Positions 18,286 to 27,373 of a DNA stretch of 32,000 bases are shown here, one piece after another. Numbering within the stretch: the stretch's first letter is position 1; each line of letters begins with the position of its first letter. The stretch spans positions 210,001 to 242,000 of the forward strand of contig JBHLRO010000002.1 in assembly GCA_048882505.1 (NCBI GenBank), in the 5' to 3' direction. Position numbers and translations under genes: made by a program. The notes beneath the pieces are model-generated. The model ran no database searches. It saw only the letters and a list, made by a program, of their open reading frames with translations, and was not told the DNA's origin. This DNA is from Candidatus Thorarchaeota archaeon. Its GTDB lineage: Archaea; Asgardarchaeota; Heimdallarchaeia; Hodarchaeales; Hodarchaeaceae.

Positions 18286-19560
18286 ATGGTTTTAGAGGCA
18301 GATTTCGCCATAATCAATGCGAATGAACTGGTAACCCTTAAAGGATCAAGTGAGGCTCCTCAGATTAAAGTACAAATGAGAGAATTGGGAATCATTCGTA
18401 ATGGTGCCGTAGCGGTAAGAAACGGGAGGATTGTTGCCGTTGGAAAGACACAGGATGTTTTAAATAACCTTAAGAAAGGATTTGAAGTCGTAAATGCCGC
18501 AGGAAAACTTGTGACTCCCGGATTAATCGATCCTCATGTTCATCTGGTGTTTGCTGGCACCAGAGAAGATGAACTTGAAAAGATGGCTGTATTAGGTGTT
18601 CCTTACCTGGAGATTAAAGCTCAAGGAGGAGGGATGAATAAATCGTTAAAAGAAACTGCAGCGACTGGTTTTAAAACACAGATTGGAATAACCTCCAAAA
18701 TACTGGACACGATGCTTATTCATGGAACAACCACCATTGAAGCGAAAAGCGGATATGAAATGACTTTCGACGGGGAGATCAAACAGCTCGAAATAATCAA
18801 CACTCTTAATAAACTCCATCCTCTTGACCTTGTTCCAACTTTTCTAGCACAGGGGATACCACCGGAATTTGAAGAGCGGGTGGATGACTTAGTCGATGAA
18901 ATTGTCGAAAAATGGATCCCTGAGATCTCCAAACGAAAATTAGCGCAATATATCGACGTATTTTGCGAAAGAGGTTACTATAACCTTGAACAAAGTCGTC
19001 GAATTTTGGAAACTGGTAGAAAATATGGATTGAAATTAAGAAACCATTGCGATTGGTTGGCTCATAGTGGGGGAGCTAAGTTGGCTGCGGATCTAGGAGA
19101 CGTAACCTCCGCAGATCATCTGATATTCACCCCAATGCACGAAGTGGAAGCTCTAAAGGATCAAGGTACTATTATCATCTTCCTTCCAACTTCGCCATTC
19201 TGTTATGTAGGAACTTACGCGGACGCCCGTGCAATAATTGATCGAGGATTGCCCGTAGCGATAGCCACCGATGTAAGTGCGGCTAACCGCTGTGAATCCA
19301 TGCAGATGATGATGACCCTTGCAGTCCTGAAAATGAAGATGACGGCGGCTGAAGCACTCACAGCTGCAACTATCAATGCAGCTCATTCTATCGATCGTGC
19401 CCATGACATAGGAAGCCTTGAACAGGGAAAAAAAGCGGATATTGTGATTTTTAATGCACCAAACCATAAGTTCTTTCCTTACAATTATGGGATCAATCTA
19501 GCTGAGAAAGTGTTCAAAAATGGCTGTTTGGTGGTTGAAAACGGCAATCTGAGTTACTAA
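18286..19560 (+). CDS. hutI: Imidazolonepropionase-like amidohydrolase (divergent)
   Basis: Motifs PGLIDPHVHLVFAG.R..E, YLEI...GGG, TTIEAKSGY, IDVFCE, SADHL, IATD and GSLEQGKKAD. Clusters with hutU and hutH. Confidence 0.85.
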   Translation: MVLEADFAIINANELVTLKGSSEAPQIKVQMRELGIIRNGAVAVRNGRIVAVGKTQDVLNNLKKGFEVVNAAGKLVTPGLIDPHVHLVFAGTREDELEKMAVLGVPYLEIKAQGGGMNKSLKETAATGFKTQIGITSKILDTMLIHGTTTIEAKSGYEMTFDGEIKQLEIINTLNKLHPLDLVPTFLAQGIPPEFEERVDDLVDEIVEKWIPEISKRKLAQYIDVFCERGYYNLEQSRRILETGRKYGLKLRNHCDWLAHSGGAKLAADLGDVTSADHLIFTPMHEVEALKDQGTIIIFLPTSPFCYVGTYADARAIIDRGLPVAIATDVSAANRCESMQMMMTLAVLKMKMTAAEALTAATINAAHSIDRAHDIGSLEQGKKADIVIFNAPNHKFFPYNYGINLAEKVFKNGCLVVENGNLSY

Positions 19561-19740
19561 TACGCCATTCGTTCCTATTCACCAGATGACGTTCTTTTAC
19601 TTGGTAATACCAAATTTCCCGTCTTATATCGTTTTGAGTTATTCTTATAAAGCGACGGATGGATTGAACGGGTAACATCCTGCGTTAACCCAGTTTATAA
19701 CAAATCATTCCCGAGTAAATCTATAGCAGGCGAAAATAGC

Positions 19741-20460
19741 GTGTCGGTCTTTACAAAACGGTTGAGTAAATGGTTTAAAAAACCTGAAGAACCTACTGAG
19801 AAAGAACTTCTCGTAAATTTCATTCATGACTTAGAATCTGTATTAGAGTCGATGGAAGGAATGGCTGGTGATCTTTCGGGAGGAATGTCAGAACAAGTTG
19901 TCCAGAAACGCTCATTGACATCCAAACTACTAGCATCTTTGCCTCGTTTTCTTCAACCCAGAGATATCCAGAAACAAAACGAAAAGATTAAGGAAATTAA
20001 TGAAACAAAACGAAAAATGCAGCTACTTCGTGGAACGTTGGGAGAAATCAGCGAATCAATCGAAACCATGGATTTAAGAGCGAGCCCTCCGGAACAAACG
20101 GGTGTTGGCGCAAGGATTTATGAAATTGCATATCCTGGGGAGGTAATTTCCTCTAAAAATGTGGGAACTCTAGAAGAACGCCTCCAAATGCTTGAAAACT
20201 CCTTCTTAACTTCTATGGATAGAATGAATGAACAGATGACACAGATATCCCAGAATCTAGGTACCCTAGCTCGGCGTTTAGATGAACAGGGAGTTAAAAT
20301 CGATAAAATCGATACAAAAATTAACGAAGTAGATTCTAAATTGCAGAAAGTTCAATCGACATTAGGGAAAATTTCGAGAAAACTGACTCAGAACCGTACA
20401 TTACTGGCTCTGTTGGCGGGGTCAGTAATTGCCCTTGTAATTGTCATTGTTGTACTCTAG
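19741..20460 (+). CDS. Tail-anchored SNARE-like protein (Q-SNARE motif plus C-terminal transmembrane helix)
   Basis: Central Q183 (DEQG). Hydrophobic residues at SNARE layer spacing: M159, M162, M166, I169, L173, L176, L180, then I187, I190, I194, V197, L201, V204, L208, I211. Terminal 19-aa hydrophobic LLALLAGSVIALVIVIVVL and no N-terminal signal peptide. Confidence 0.8.
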   Translation: MSVFTKRLSKWFKKPEEPTEKELLVNFIHDLESVLESMEGMAGDLSGGMSEQVVQKRSLTSKLLASLPRFLQPRDIQKQNEKIKEINETKRKMQLLRGTLGEISESIETMDLRASPPEQTGVGARIYEIAYPGEVISSKNVGTLEERLQMLENSFLTSMDRMNEQMTQISQNLGTLARRLDEQGVKIDKIDTKINEVDSKLQKVQSTLGKISRKLTQNRTLLALLAGSVIALVIVIVVL

Positions 20461-20569
20461 AATCCAACTTCGGTTCCCGATTTCTGTGCATCCTTAAATC
20501 AATAGGCAAAAGAATTTAAAGGGCACAGGCCCAAATGAGATTAATTGAGATTAAAGGGTGAATTCTGTT

Positions 20570-21037
20570 TTGCAGAAGAATGAAATCAACGCAGAACTGT
20601 CCCGGCTACTTAAAAGTGATACATCGATCAAGGTGACATTGCTTGGGGATCGTACAGGTCTTACTATTGCGCGTGCATCACGTCTACTCGTTTCCGAAAC
20701 AATGGGAGCATTTGATCTAGAGAGTATTGGTGCAATTGCTTCAGCGGTCTTCTGTGGTGCAGCAGAACAAGGTAGCGCGCTGGCGCTAGGAAATCTGGCC
20801 GTTATGCTTGCTGAATTCACCGATGGTAAAATACTGACCGCCCAGTCAGGGGATAGGGGGATTCTAGTCGTGGTAGCCGAGCCTGATGCCCAGTTAGGCC
20901 TGGTACGCGTTCGTATGAAGGAAACATCAGAGGCCTTGGCCATGTTAATGGGAAAATTAACGGAACCAGCGGTAAAAATTAAGAAACCAGAATCTCAATC
21001 CATAATGGCTGCGTTAAAAGAGCTGGAAAACTTCTAG
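20570..21037 (+). CDS. Roadblock/LC7 (MglB-like) domain protein
   Basis: Roadblock pattern DRTGLTIA...SIGAIASAVF...LAEFTDGKIL...GILVVVAEPDAQLGLVR, followed by a C-terminal tail helix. GGGTGA at about 20556-20561 looks like the RBS, favouring TTG 20570 over GTG 20558. Confidence 0.9.
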   Translation: MQKNEINAELSRLLKSDTSIKVTLLGDRTGLTIARASRLLVSETMGAFDLESIGAIASAVFCGAAEQGSALALGNLAVMLAEFTDGKILTAQSGDRGILVVVAEPDAQLGLVRVRMKETSEALAMLMGKLTEPAVKIKKPESQSIMAALKELENF

Positions 21038-21160
21038 TAAACGCCTTCTGAAACCACTTCTTGTTTCTTCTGTGTTTTGTCATTCTTTTAGAGGATCCAC
21101 TAGCCAACCAGAATTAACTAAAAGGATCTGGAAAAATTTATTTTTCTTCCTTCCAAAAAT

Positions 21161-21802
21161 GTGACACGGGTCATATTTATGCGTTTTTCGCAGTTAAACG
21201 ACATAATGCTAAAACTCACAGATCCCGTGACTGTGAGTGTTCTTAATATCTTGTTAAACCAGAAGGAAATTATTGACGAACAGATCGTAAACCTTCTGAA
21301 TGAAGAGATCGAAGAAAAACCGAAAGTTCCTTCATCCCAACCCGATGATGCGGCAAATGAGAGTTCCCGTATCGCCTTAAAGGAAGTAAGAAGATCGTTG
21401 TACAAATTGAATGAAAGGTCTTTGGCCCGTTATAGGCGGGTACGCGATAAGGAAACCGGCTATTTTGTGTACTATTGGTCTCCTATCTGGGAGCGAATAC
21501 GAGATCTGATCATAAGTCGTCGTAAACTTAGTCTAAAGAAACTACGTCAACGATTAGATTATGAACAGAGAAATCTCCTTTATGCTTGCCAGGAGGGACA
21601 TTCCCCCGTAACGTTTTCGGATGCCTTTGAAATGGGGTTCATATGCGCCTCGTGTGGAGACGAATTGGCACAGAAAGATAACCAGACCACCATTGACTTC
21701 CTACAGAAGAAGATTAAGGTATTAGAAGGGGAGCTAAATCGGGGGCTGGAGGAGCTAAAAAACCTGCCGGATATCAGGAAAGAAGTGAAGAATACAAACT
21801 AA
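21161..21802 (+). CDS. tfe: Transcription factor E (TFIIE-alpha homolog)
   Basis: Winged helix EVRRSLYKL...RVRDKETGYFVYYW and zinc ribbon YACQEGH...AFEMGFICASCG. The start may be ATG 21179. Confidence 0.93.
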   Translation: MTRVIFMRFSQLNDIMLKLTDPVTVSVLNILLNQKEIIDEQIVNLLNEEIEEKPKVPSSQPDDAANESSRIALKEVRRSLYKLNERSLARYRRVRDKETGYFVYYWSPIWERIRDLIISRRKLSLKKLRQRLDYEQRNLLYACQEGHSPVTFSDAFEMGFICASCGDELAQKDNQTTIDFLQKKIKVLEGELNRGLEELKNLPDIRKEVKNTN

Positions 21803-21951
21803 AAGCAACTACTTCGAAGCTAGCATTAATAATTGCTAAAGAACAGGCAATTTAACCTATCTCGACGGAAAGAAATGGGAGGAGATGCCAAATTACTTAT
21901 AAGATAGTTCCATGAGAAGAATTTGGTACATCTATACCCTCCACCTTCTTT

Positions 21952-22698
21952 TCAGGCGTGTTGGTTAACAGAGTCTCCATTTTCTACCAGATATGATTCT
22001 AATATCCACTGAGATGCTTGTTCCAAGGAATCAAAAATCTTGGTTGGACGAGAGAACTGTTGGAATATCTCCCGGGAAATCAAACCCGTCGTGAGGCCAA
22101 TAGTGGTTAATCCAGCAGCCGTTCCCGCCAGGATATCTGCTGGCATGTCTCCAATCAGTACAGAATAAGAAGCTGGAACAGAACATCCTTCAAGAGCAAG
22201 AAAAACTCCCTCGGGGTCAGGTTTCAAGTTCTGCACATCGTCACGAGATATGATCCCCTCCTTCGAAAAATATTGTATTAAATCATGTGTTTCCAGTGTA
22301 TTTAGGAGGATTTTACGTGGAGCGAGGGTATAGATGCCTAATTTGAATCCTCCCTCGTTTTGAAGTCTTTTTAGTGTTGATCGTACATCAGAAAACAAGG
22401 GAGCAGATTTATAAACATCTCTCGCCTGAACTGCGCATTTCATGGCAAATCGTAAAGATCGATATCTTGATAGGCCTGCCTTTCTGCCAATATTCCAGAA
22501 TAGCCTGAGAATTAATGCAGCTCCATTTGATTGCGATCTAGAGTGGAATTCAGCGATTAGGTCTGTACCTAGTCGGTTTATAGTTGATTCTGAAACTATT
22601 ATCCCGTGTTGGTTCAGATTAGTAATTACCATTTCGTAGAAACTGCCCATAGTATCCACAAGTGTACCATCGAAATCAAAAATGACCGCTCGATCCAA
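21952..22698 (-). CDS. HAD-superfamily hydrolase (phosphoglycolate phosphatase-like)
   Basis: Motif I DFDGTLVD, plus KPDP and IGDMPAD. Confidence 0.92.
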   Translation of the reverse strand: MDRAVIFDFDGTLVDTMGSFYEMVITNLNQHGIIVSESTINRLGTDLIAEFHSRSQSNGAALILRLFWNIGRKAGLSRYRSLRFAMKCAVQARDVYKSAPLFSDVRSTLKRLQNEGGFKLGIYTLAPRKILLNTLETHDLIQYFSKEGIISRDDVQNLKPDPEGVFLALEGCSVPASYSVLIGDMPADILAGTAAGLTTIGLTTGLISREIFQQFSRPTKIFDSLEQASQWILESYLVENGDSVNQHA

Positions 22699-22942
22699 CT
22701 GATTTCCTTGAGTTTCGATGTATTCTTTGATTTCAGTTCATCTCCTCTATAAATGGAGGCCTCATCTTGCTCTCAAGAACATTGTTTTTCAAGATTCTTA
22801 TATCCAAAAAAAAAATTTAAATTCGGGGCTCTTTTCGGTATCTTCGTAATTTATGGGGAATCTGTACTCATGATTCCATGTCTTGATAGCTTCAAGGATT
22901 CGTCACTTAAGCTAGATAAAAGATCTCAACACCGAGCGAACC

Positions 22943-23902
22943 ATGATGGCTAAAGCGTTTGAAGTTCAAGATCTTCGTGATTTAAAAGCCGAGATCATGC
23001 AACTTCGTTCCCGAAAATCCCAACTACTTGATCAACTTCGGAAATTAGAGCGAGAAAGAAATCAAAATCGAGCGGCGAGAGATGAGTTAAATCAGGTTGC
23101 CTCTGAAAACTTTTCCCAAGTTAAAGAACTTAAGACCTTGCGTGATAAAAACAATCGTGCTATCCAAGAGCTTAAAGCTGTCAGACGTAGTGTTTTAGAA
23201 GAGATGCGATCTTTAATTGGTAATGTAAAGGTAATTCAAGAAGAAATTCAATCTATGGAAATCTCGGAAAAAGATATTAGACATTCTCACAGTATCCGGA
23301 AAAGAATAGATAATCTGGATTGGCGAATTCAAACAACCCCGGGAATGGGAATCGCGGAAGAAAGACAGTTGACAGAGGAGGTCAACAAGTTGATGGATCA
23401 ACTGGGGGATATTTCCGTTTCAACCGAAAAACTAAAGGCCAGAAAAGAACTCAATCGAGAGATAAACAACCTCCGTGGATTTCTAGATCATAGCTGGCGT
23501 GATTTTCAGGAACTCGTTGAGAAGAGCCAAAAGGCACATCAGCAGCTTACAGAATTGTACGATTCGGGGAAACGCGCGAAAGACGAGGCCGACCGGCGAC
23601 ACAAGGAGTTTTTAGATCGTACAGAAGAGCTGCGAGAACTACGTGAGGAATTTAGAAATATTAACAAGATATTGAGAGAAAAATCCAGCATTTTCAAAGA
23701 ACAACGCCGCATTCAGCGCGAGCAGGTTCAGCTGGAACGTGATCGGGCAACCGCGGAAATGCTGGAGGAACAAAGTGAAAAAATAAAGGAACGATTGAGT
23801 CAAAAGAAGAAGAAAACCCTTTCAATTGAAGAAATGAGAATCATGATGACTCAAACCCCTGATTTCCTTGATTTGTCTCTTTCAGATGAGGAAGAGGAGT
23901 AA
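22943..23902 (+). CDS. Archaeal long coiled-coil protein (COG1340-like)
   Basis: Continuous heptad pattern with the family-typical LDWRIQTT....EERQL interruption and an acidic C-terminus. No TM segment. Confidence 0.8.
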   Translation: MMAKAFEVQDLRDLKAEIMQLRSRKSQLLDQLRKLERERNQNRAARDELNQVASENFSQVKELKTLRDKNNRAIQELKAVRRSVLEEMRSLIGNVKVIQEEIQSMEISEKDIRHSHSIRKRIDNLDWRIQTTPGMGIAEERQLTEEVNKLMDQLGDISVSTEKLKARKELNREINNLRGFLDHSWRDFQELVEKSQKAHQQLTELYDSGKRAKDEADRRHKEFLDRTEELRELREEFRNINKILREKSSIFKEQRRIQREQVQLERDRATAEMLEEQSEKIKERLSQKKKKTLSIEEMRIMMTQTPDFLDLSLSDEEEE

Positions 23903-23952
23903 GATTTTTGCTTTTGGGCTGGTTCAGGGGATTTCCCCAAGTTTTGAGACGA

Positions 23953-23994
23953 ACTAGTATCAACTCAATCTAGTCAATACGAGTTTATACTAGT
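23953..23994. promoter_or_regulatory. Long inverted repeat ACTAGTATCAACTC-N14-GAGTTTATACTAGT next to a TATA-like AATATATAA (23997-24005), upstream of the regulator-grpE-dnaK-dnaJ operon
   Basis: 13 of 14 positions are complementary, and there are three CTAGT(N0-2)CAA sub-repeats. Confidence 0.6.
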
Positions 23995-24065
23995 GCAATA
24001 TATAACTGAATAGCAAATCGGCAAGTACTCGAGATAAATCGATTTTTACGACGAGTGGTGCCGCT

Positions 24066-24791
24066 ATGATGGATGAAGAAGACTTTTTCTGGCTGATTGG
24101 GAATAAAACGCGGCGAGCTATTCTACGTTCAGTCACACAAGAACCGAAATATCTCTTCCAGCTAGCCCAAGAACTCAATAGATCAAGTCAGACATTACAA
24201 AAGCATCTTCATCTTTTATTGGATCATGAGTGGCTAGAATGCGAGACGGTTGAGGGACCTCATGGTCCCGCTAGAAAACTCTATAGAATTGCCAAGAATA
24301 TAACTGTTCGGATTACTTTAACCCGCCATTCGTTTAAATTTGATGTTTTGGATATTACACTAGGATCCCAACCGATGAAGAGCCATGCAGAAACTCTGAG
24401 TCGAGATCTTACGTTGAGTTTAGAGGAGGCGCTTGAAACGGAGGATTCCGACTTCGATCAGCAAATCCAAACCCTAGATGCGGCTCTTAATCAAGCCCAG
24501 GAGATTGAAAACTTTCTTCTGAGTAGAAAACTCTCGATAGCAGGAGATCTAAACGAAACAATTTCGATGAAATTAGAAGGGGATGCACATCGAAAAGACC
24601 GAGAATTAGCTTACACGATTTTTTCTCGTAGTGAACCAATTACACTTGAGCTAGTTCAGAAAGAGGTTAAATCCAAACGAGAGGACCTCCTTATTTCGCT
24701 ACGTCGACTTCAGGAAAAGGACCTTCTTCCTAGGAAAGGTCTTATTCTTCTTAATAAGCTTGAAACCGCCATAAACAGCAAAAAAGGGTGA
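24066..24791 (+). CDS. ArsR-type wHTH transcriptional regulator, Phr/HSR1-like archaeal heat-shock regulator
   Basis: IGNKTRRAIL...LAQEL...TLQKHL..L...GPARKLYRI resembles Pyrococcus Phr (LGNETRRRIL...GRPRKYY, recalled from memory). First gene of the chaperone operon. Confidence 0.8.
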   Translation: MMDEEDFFWLIGNKTRRAILRSVTQEPKYLFQLAQELNRSSQTLQKHLHLLLDHEWLECETVEGPHGPARKLYRIAKNITVRITLTRHSFKFDVLDITLGSQPMKSHAETLSRDLTLSLEEALETEDSDFDQQIQTLDAALNQAQEIENFLLSRKLSIAGDLNETISMKLEGDAHRKDRELAYTIFSRSEPITLELVQKEVKSKREDLLISLRRLQEKDLLPRKGLILLNKLETAINSKKG

Positions 24792-24801
24792 ATCGATAAC
24801 A

Positions 24802-25422
24802 ATGGGCGAGAAAAAAACCAAGACTCCTAATAACAGTGAAAACGATTATTTGGACATTGACGAGCAAATTGAACAAACTGAAGCCACACCAAGCCAGGAG
24901 ACGTCGAAAAGCGCAGAGCGTCCCAGCGAACCACTCTTGGCTGAGATTAAAGAGCTCTATGAGAAGCTCGAAGAGAAAGATGATGAGTACAACAAGCTTC
25001 ATCGGCGTTATCTTCGCGCGCTCGCGGATTACGAGAATTTGAAAAAACGCTCTCAGGCCGAGCAGGCTCGACTTCTGAAGCAAGCCAACGAAAACTTGCT
25101 CTTGAAGCTGTTAAATATTGCCCATAGTTTCCAAAAAGCTGAGACGAGTTGGGTTAAAGATCAACTTGATCTAAATGAAATCTTAACTGGTTTTCAAGCG
25201 ATTCATAAGCAGTTCCAGAGTCTTCTAAAAAATGAGGGTGTTAAACCGATCCAAGCCCTTGGTGAGAAGTTCGATCCTAATCTCCATGAAGTTGTTTCGG
25301 TACGTTCCTCTTCCGAAGAGGAAGACACTATTTTAGAGGAAATAGAAACTGGGTATATGATAAACTCTTCGCTACTACGGCCTGCTAAAGTTATTATTGC
25401 AAAACAAACCCAAGAACCATAA
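24802..25422 (+). CDS. grpE: Nucleotide exchange factor GrpE
   Basis: Motifs RALADYENLKKR, GEKFDPNLHEVV and GYMINSSLLRPAKV. Confidence 0.96.
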   Translation: MGEKKTKTPNNSENDYLDIDEQIEQTEATPSQETSKSAERPSEPLLAEIKELYEKLEEKDDEYNKLHRRYLRALADYENLKKRSQAEQARLLKQANENLLLKLLNIAHSFQKAETSWVKDQLDLNEILTGFQAIHKQFQSLLKNEGVKPIQALGEKFDPNLHEVVSVRSSSEEEDTILEEIETGYMINSSLLRPAKVIIAKQTQEP

Positions 25423-25427
25423 TGAGA

Positions 25428-25433
25428 AGGTGA
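25428..25433 (+). promoter_or_regulatory. Archaeal Shine-Dalgarno-like AGGTGA before dnaK (representative example)
   Basis: AGGTGA lies 7 nt before GTG 25441. Similar (A/G)GTGA motifs precede grpE, dnaJ, RaSEA, the PIG-L gene and the roadblock gene. Confidence 0.65.
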
Positions 25434-25440
25434 ACTTTAA

Positions 25441-27303
25441 GTGACACGACCTATCGGTATAGATCTAGGGACAACATTCTCCGCCATTGCTACGATGGAA
25501 GGCGGAAAACCTGTTATTATTCCCAATGCAGAAGGACAAAGGACAACTCCAAGCGTAGTGACCATTTCTAAAGATGGTGAACGCGTTGTTGGAGTATTGG
25601 CTAAACGCCAGGCTATTTCAAAGCCCGAACGAACAATACGATCAATCAAACGTGAAATGGGAACCAAATTTGCCGTAGATATTGACGGAAAAACCTACAA
25701 ACCCCCTGAAATTAGTGCCATGATTCTTCAAAAACTTAAGCGCGATGCCGAGGCATATCTAGGGGAAACAATCGAAAAGGCAGTAATTACAGTCCCAGCA
25801 TACTTCTCTGACTCCCAACGGCAGGCAACTAAGGATGCAGGTCGAATTGCAGGGCTAGATGTGATGCGGATCATTAATGAACCGACCAGTGCATCACTGG
25901 CGTACGGTTTAGATAAAGAAGAGGAACAGACTATCCTGGTTTTCGATCTAGGAGGAGGAACCTTTGATGTCTCGATTCTCGAACTATCTGAAGGAGTTTT
26001 CGAGGTCAAAGCTACCTCTGGTAACAATCGATTAGGGGGGGATGATATGGATCAACGGATTATGGATTGGATTGTAGAGGAATTCCGTAAGGATTCGGGA
26101 CTCGATTTATCCAAGGATCCAATGGCTATGCAGCGTCTAAAAGATGCGTCAGAACAGGCCAAAATCGAATTGTCTCAGAAAACAAGTGCGGAAATCAACT
26201 TACCTTATATCTATGCGGATAGTTCGGGTCCTAAGCATCTAAATCTCACTCTTACGCGAGCAAAATTTGAGATTATGGTTGCAGATTTAATAGAAGCAGC
26301 AATGGGACCAACCCGACAAGCACTTTCAGATGCGAAGCTGCAGACCTCTGATATTGACAAGATTCTCCTTGTGGGTGGATCTACCCGTGTCCCAGCTGTC
26401 CAATCTGCTATACGTTCATATTTCGGAAAAGAGCCTACCAAAGAAATCAATCCAGATGAATGCGTTGCCTTGGGCGCCGCGGTTCAAGCGGCAATTCTGC
26501 TTGGAGACGTCGAAGATGTCCTACTTCTTGATGTTACTCCTTTATCACTTGGAATAGAAACCTTAGGCGGTGTTTTTACCAAGTTAATTGACAGGAACAC
26601 CACAATTCCCACCAAAAAGAGTCAAATTTTTTCTACTGCAGCTGAAAACCAGCCTAGTGTAGAAATCCACGTATTACAGGGAGAACGCAAGATGGCTGCG
26701 GATAATATTACTTTGGGGCGATTTCAACTCGTGGGAATCCCACCTGCTCCGAGGGGTATCCCTCAAATTGAAGTGACCTTCGATATGGATGCTAATGGAA
26801 TTGCCCATGTGTCAGCGAAAGATCTGGGAACAGGAAATGAACAGAGAGTCACAATTAAAAGCGATAGCGGGCTTAGCTCCGCTGACCTCCAACGGATGGT
26901 AGATGAGGCATCGAAATACGAGACCGAAGATACAGAGCGACTCCAAGCAGCTGAAAATCGAAATAAGGCCGACTCGCTGGTTTATCAAACTGAGAAGCTT
27001 CTCAAAGACCTGGGAGAAGCTGTTGACAGTGGTTTACGTTCCCAGGCCGAGAAGCAAATCGAAGCAACAAAAACCGCGTTACAGGGACAAGATGCTGCTG
27101 CTATTAAACAACAAGCAGAAGAGCTGGAAAAAGTAACCCATCAGCTGGCACAACAGATGTATGCTCAACAAGCGCAGGCACAGGGAGCAACCGGTGCAGG
27201 TTTCCAAGGAACACCTGGTTCAGGGTTTCAGGGAGCATCTACGGGTGCTGATGAATCGGAAGTGGTAGATGTCGACTACGAAATTGTGGATGAGGATAAA
27301 TAA
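25441..27303 (+). CDS. dnaK: Chaperone DnaK (Hsp70)
   Basis: Motifs [38 protein letters not shown] and [14 protein letters not shown] start. Confidence 0.98.
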   Translation: MTRPIGIDLGTTFSAIATMEGGKPVIIPNAEGQRTTPSVVTISKDGERVVGVLAKRQAISKPERTIRSIKREMGTKFAVDIDGKTYKPPEISAMILQKLKRDAEAYLGETIEKAVITVPAYFSDSQRQATKDAGRIAGLDVMRIINEPTSASLAYGLDKEEEQTILVFDLGGGTFDVSILELSEGVFEVKATSGNNRLGGDDMDQRIMDWIVEEFRKDSGLDLSKDPMAMQRLKDASEQAKIELSQKTSAEINLPYIYADSSGPKHLNLTLTRAKFEIMVADLIEAAMGPTRQALSDAKLQTSDIDKILLVGGSTRVPAVQSAIRSYFGKEPTKEINPDECVALGAAVQAAILLGDVEDVLLLDVTPLSLGIETLGGVFTKLIDRNTTIPTKKSQIFSTAAENQPSVEIHVLQGERKMAADNITLGRFQLVGIPPAPRGIPQIEVTFDMDANGIAHVSAKDLGTGNEQRVTIKSDSGLSSADLQRMVDEASKYETEDTERLQAAENRNKADSLVYQTEKLLKDLGEAVDSGLRSQAEKQIEATKTALQGQDAAAIKQQAEELEKVTHQLAQQMYAQQAQAQGATGAGFQGTPGSGFQGASTGADESEVVDVDYEIVDEDK

Positions 27304-27373
27304 TAACCCTCGAAAGAGGACAGATATCTTCCCTATTTCTATAAAGGGTCATAATATCATCAAAGTGACATAG

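Noticed and set aside
19670-19691. Imperfect inverted repeat GGGTAAC-N7-GTTAACCC upstream of the SNARE-like gene
   Set aside because: Short and imperfect with no second copy found. Within chance expectation.
20551-21405. Minus-strand ORFs 20551-20943 and 21118-21405
   Set aside because: Shadows of the roadblock and tfe genes, which have clear motifs on the plus strand.
21821-21838. TAGCA-N8-TGCTA as a CIRCE element
   Set aside because: Lacks the CTC/GAG core and has the wrong spacing, and it lies between convergent gene ends. At most a weak terminator hairpin.
22699-22745. Possible frameshift at the HAD gene start (GAGGAG-ATG-AAC-TGA out of frame with an open 13-codon extension)
   Set aside because: The TTG start at 22698 already includes motif I, and the ATG abuts the SD-like sequence too closely. 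Cannot be distinguished from chance.
22943-23902. Long coiled-coil protein as a SNARE, SMC or tether
   Set aside because: No TM anchor, no central polar layer pattern and no ATPase motifs. Matches a widespread archaeal coiled-coil family.
27170-27245. GFQG repeats in the DnaK C-terminal tail
   Set aside because: Low-complexity Gly/Gln/Ala tails are normal for DnaK.
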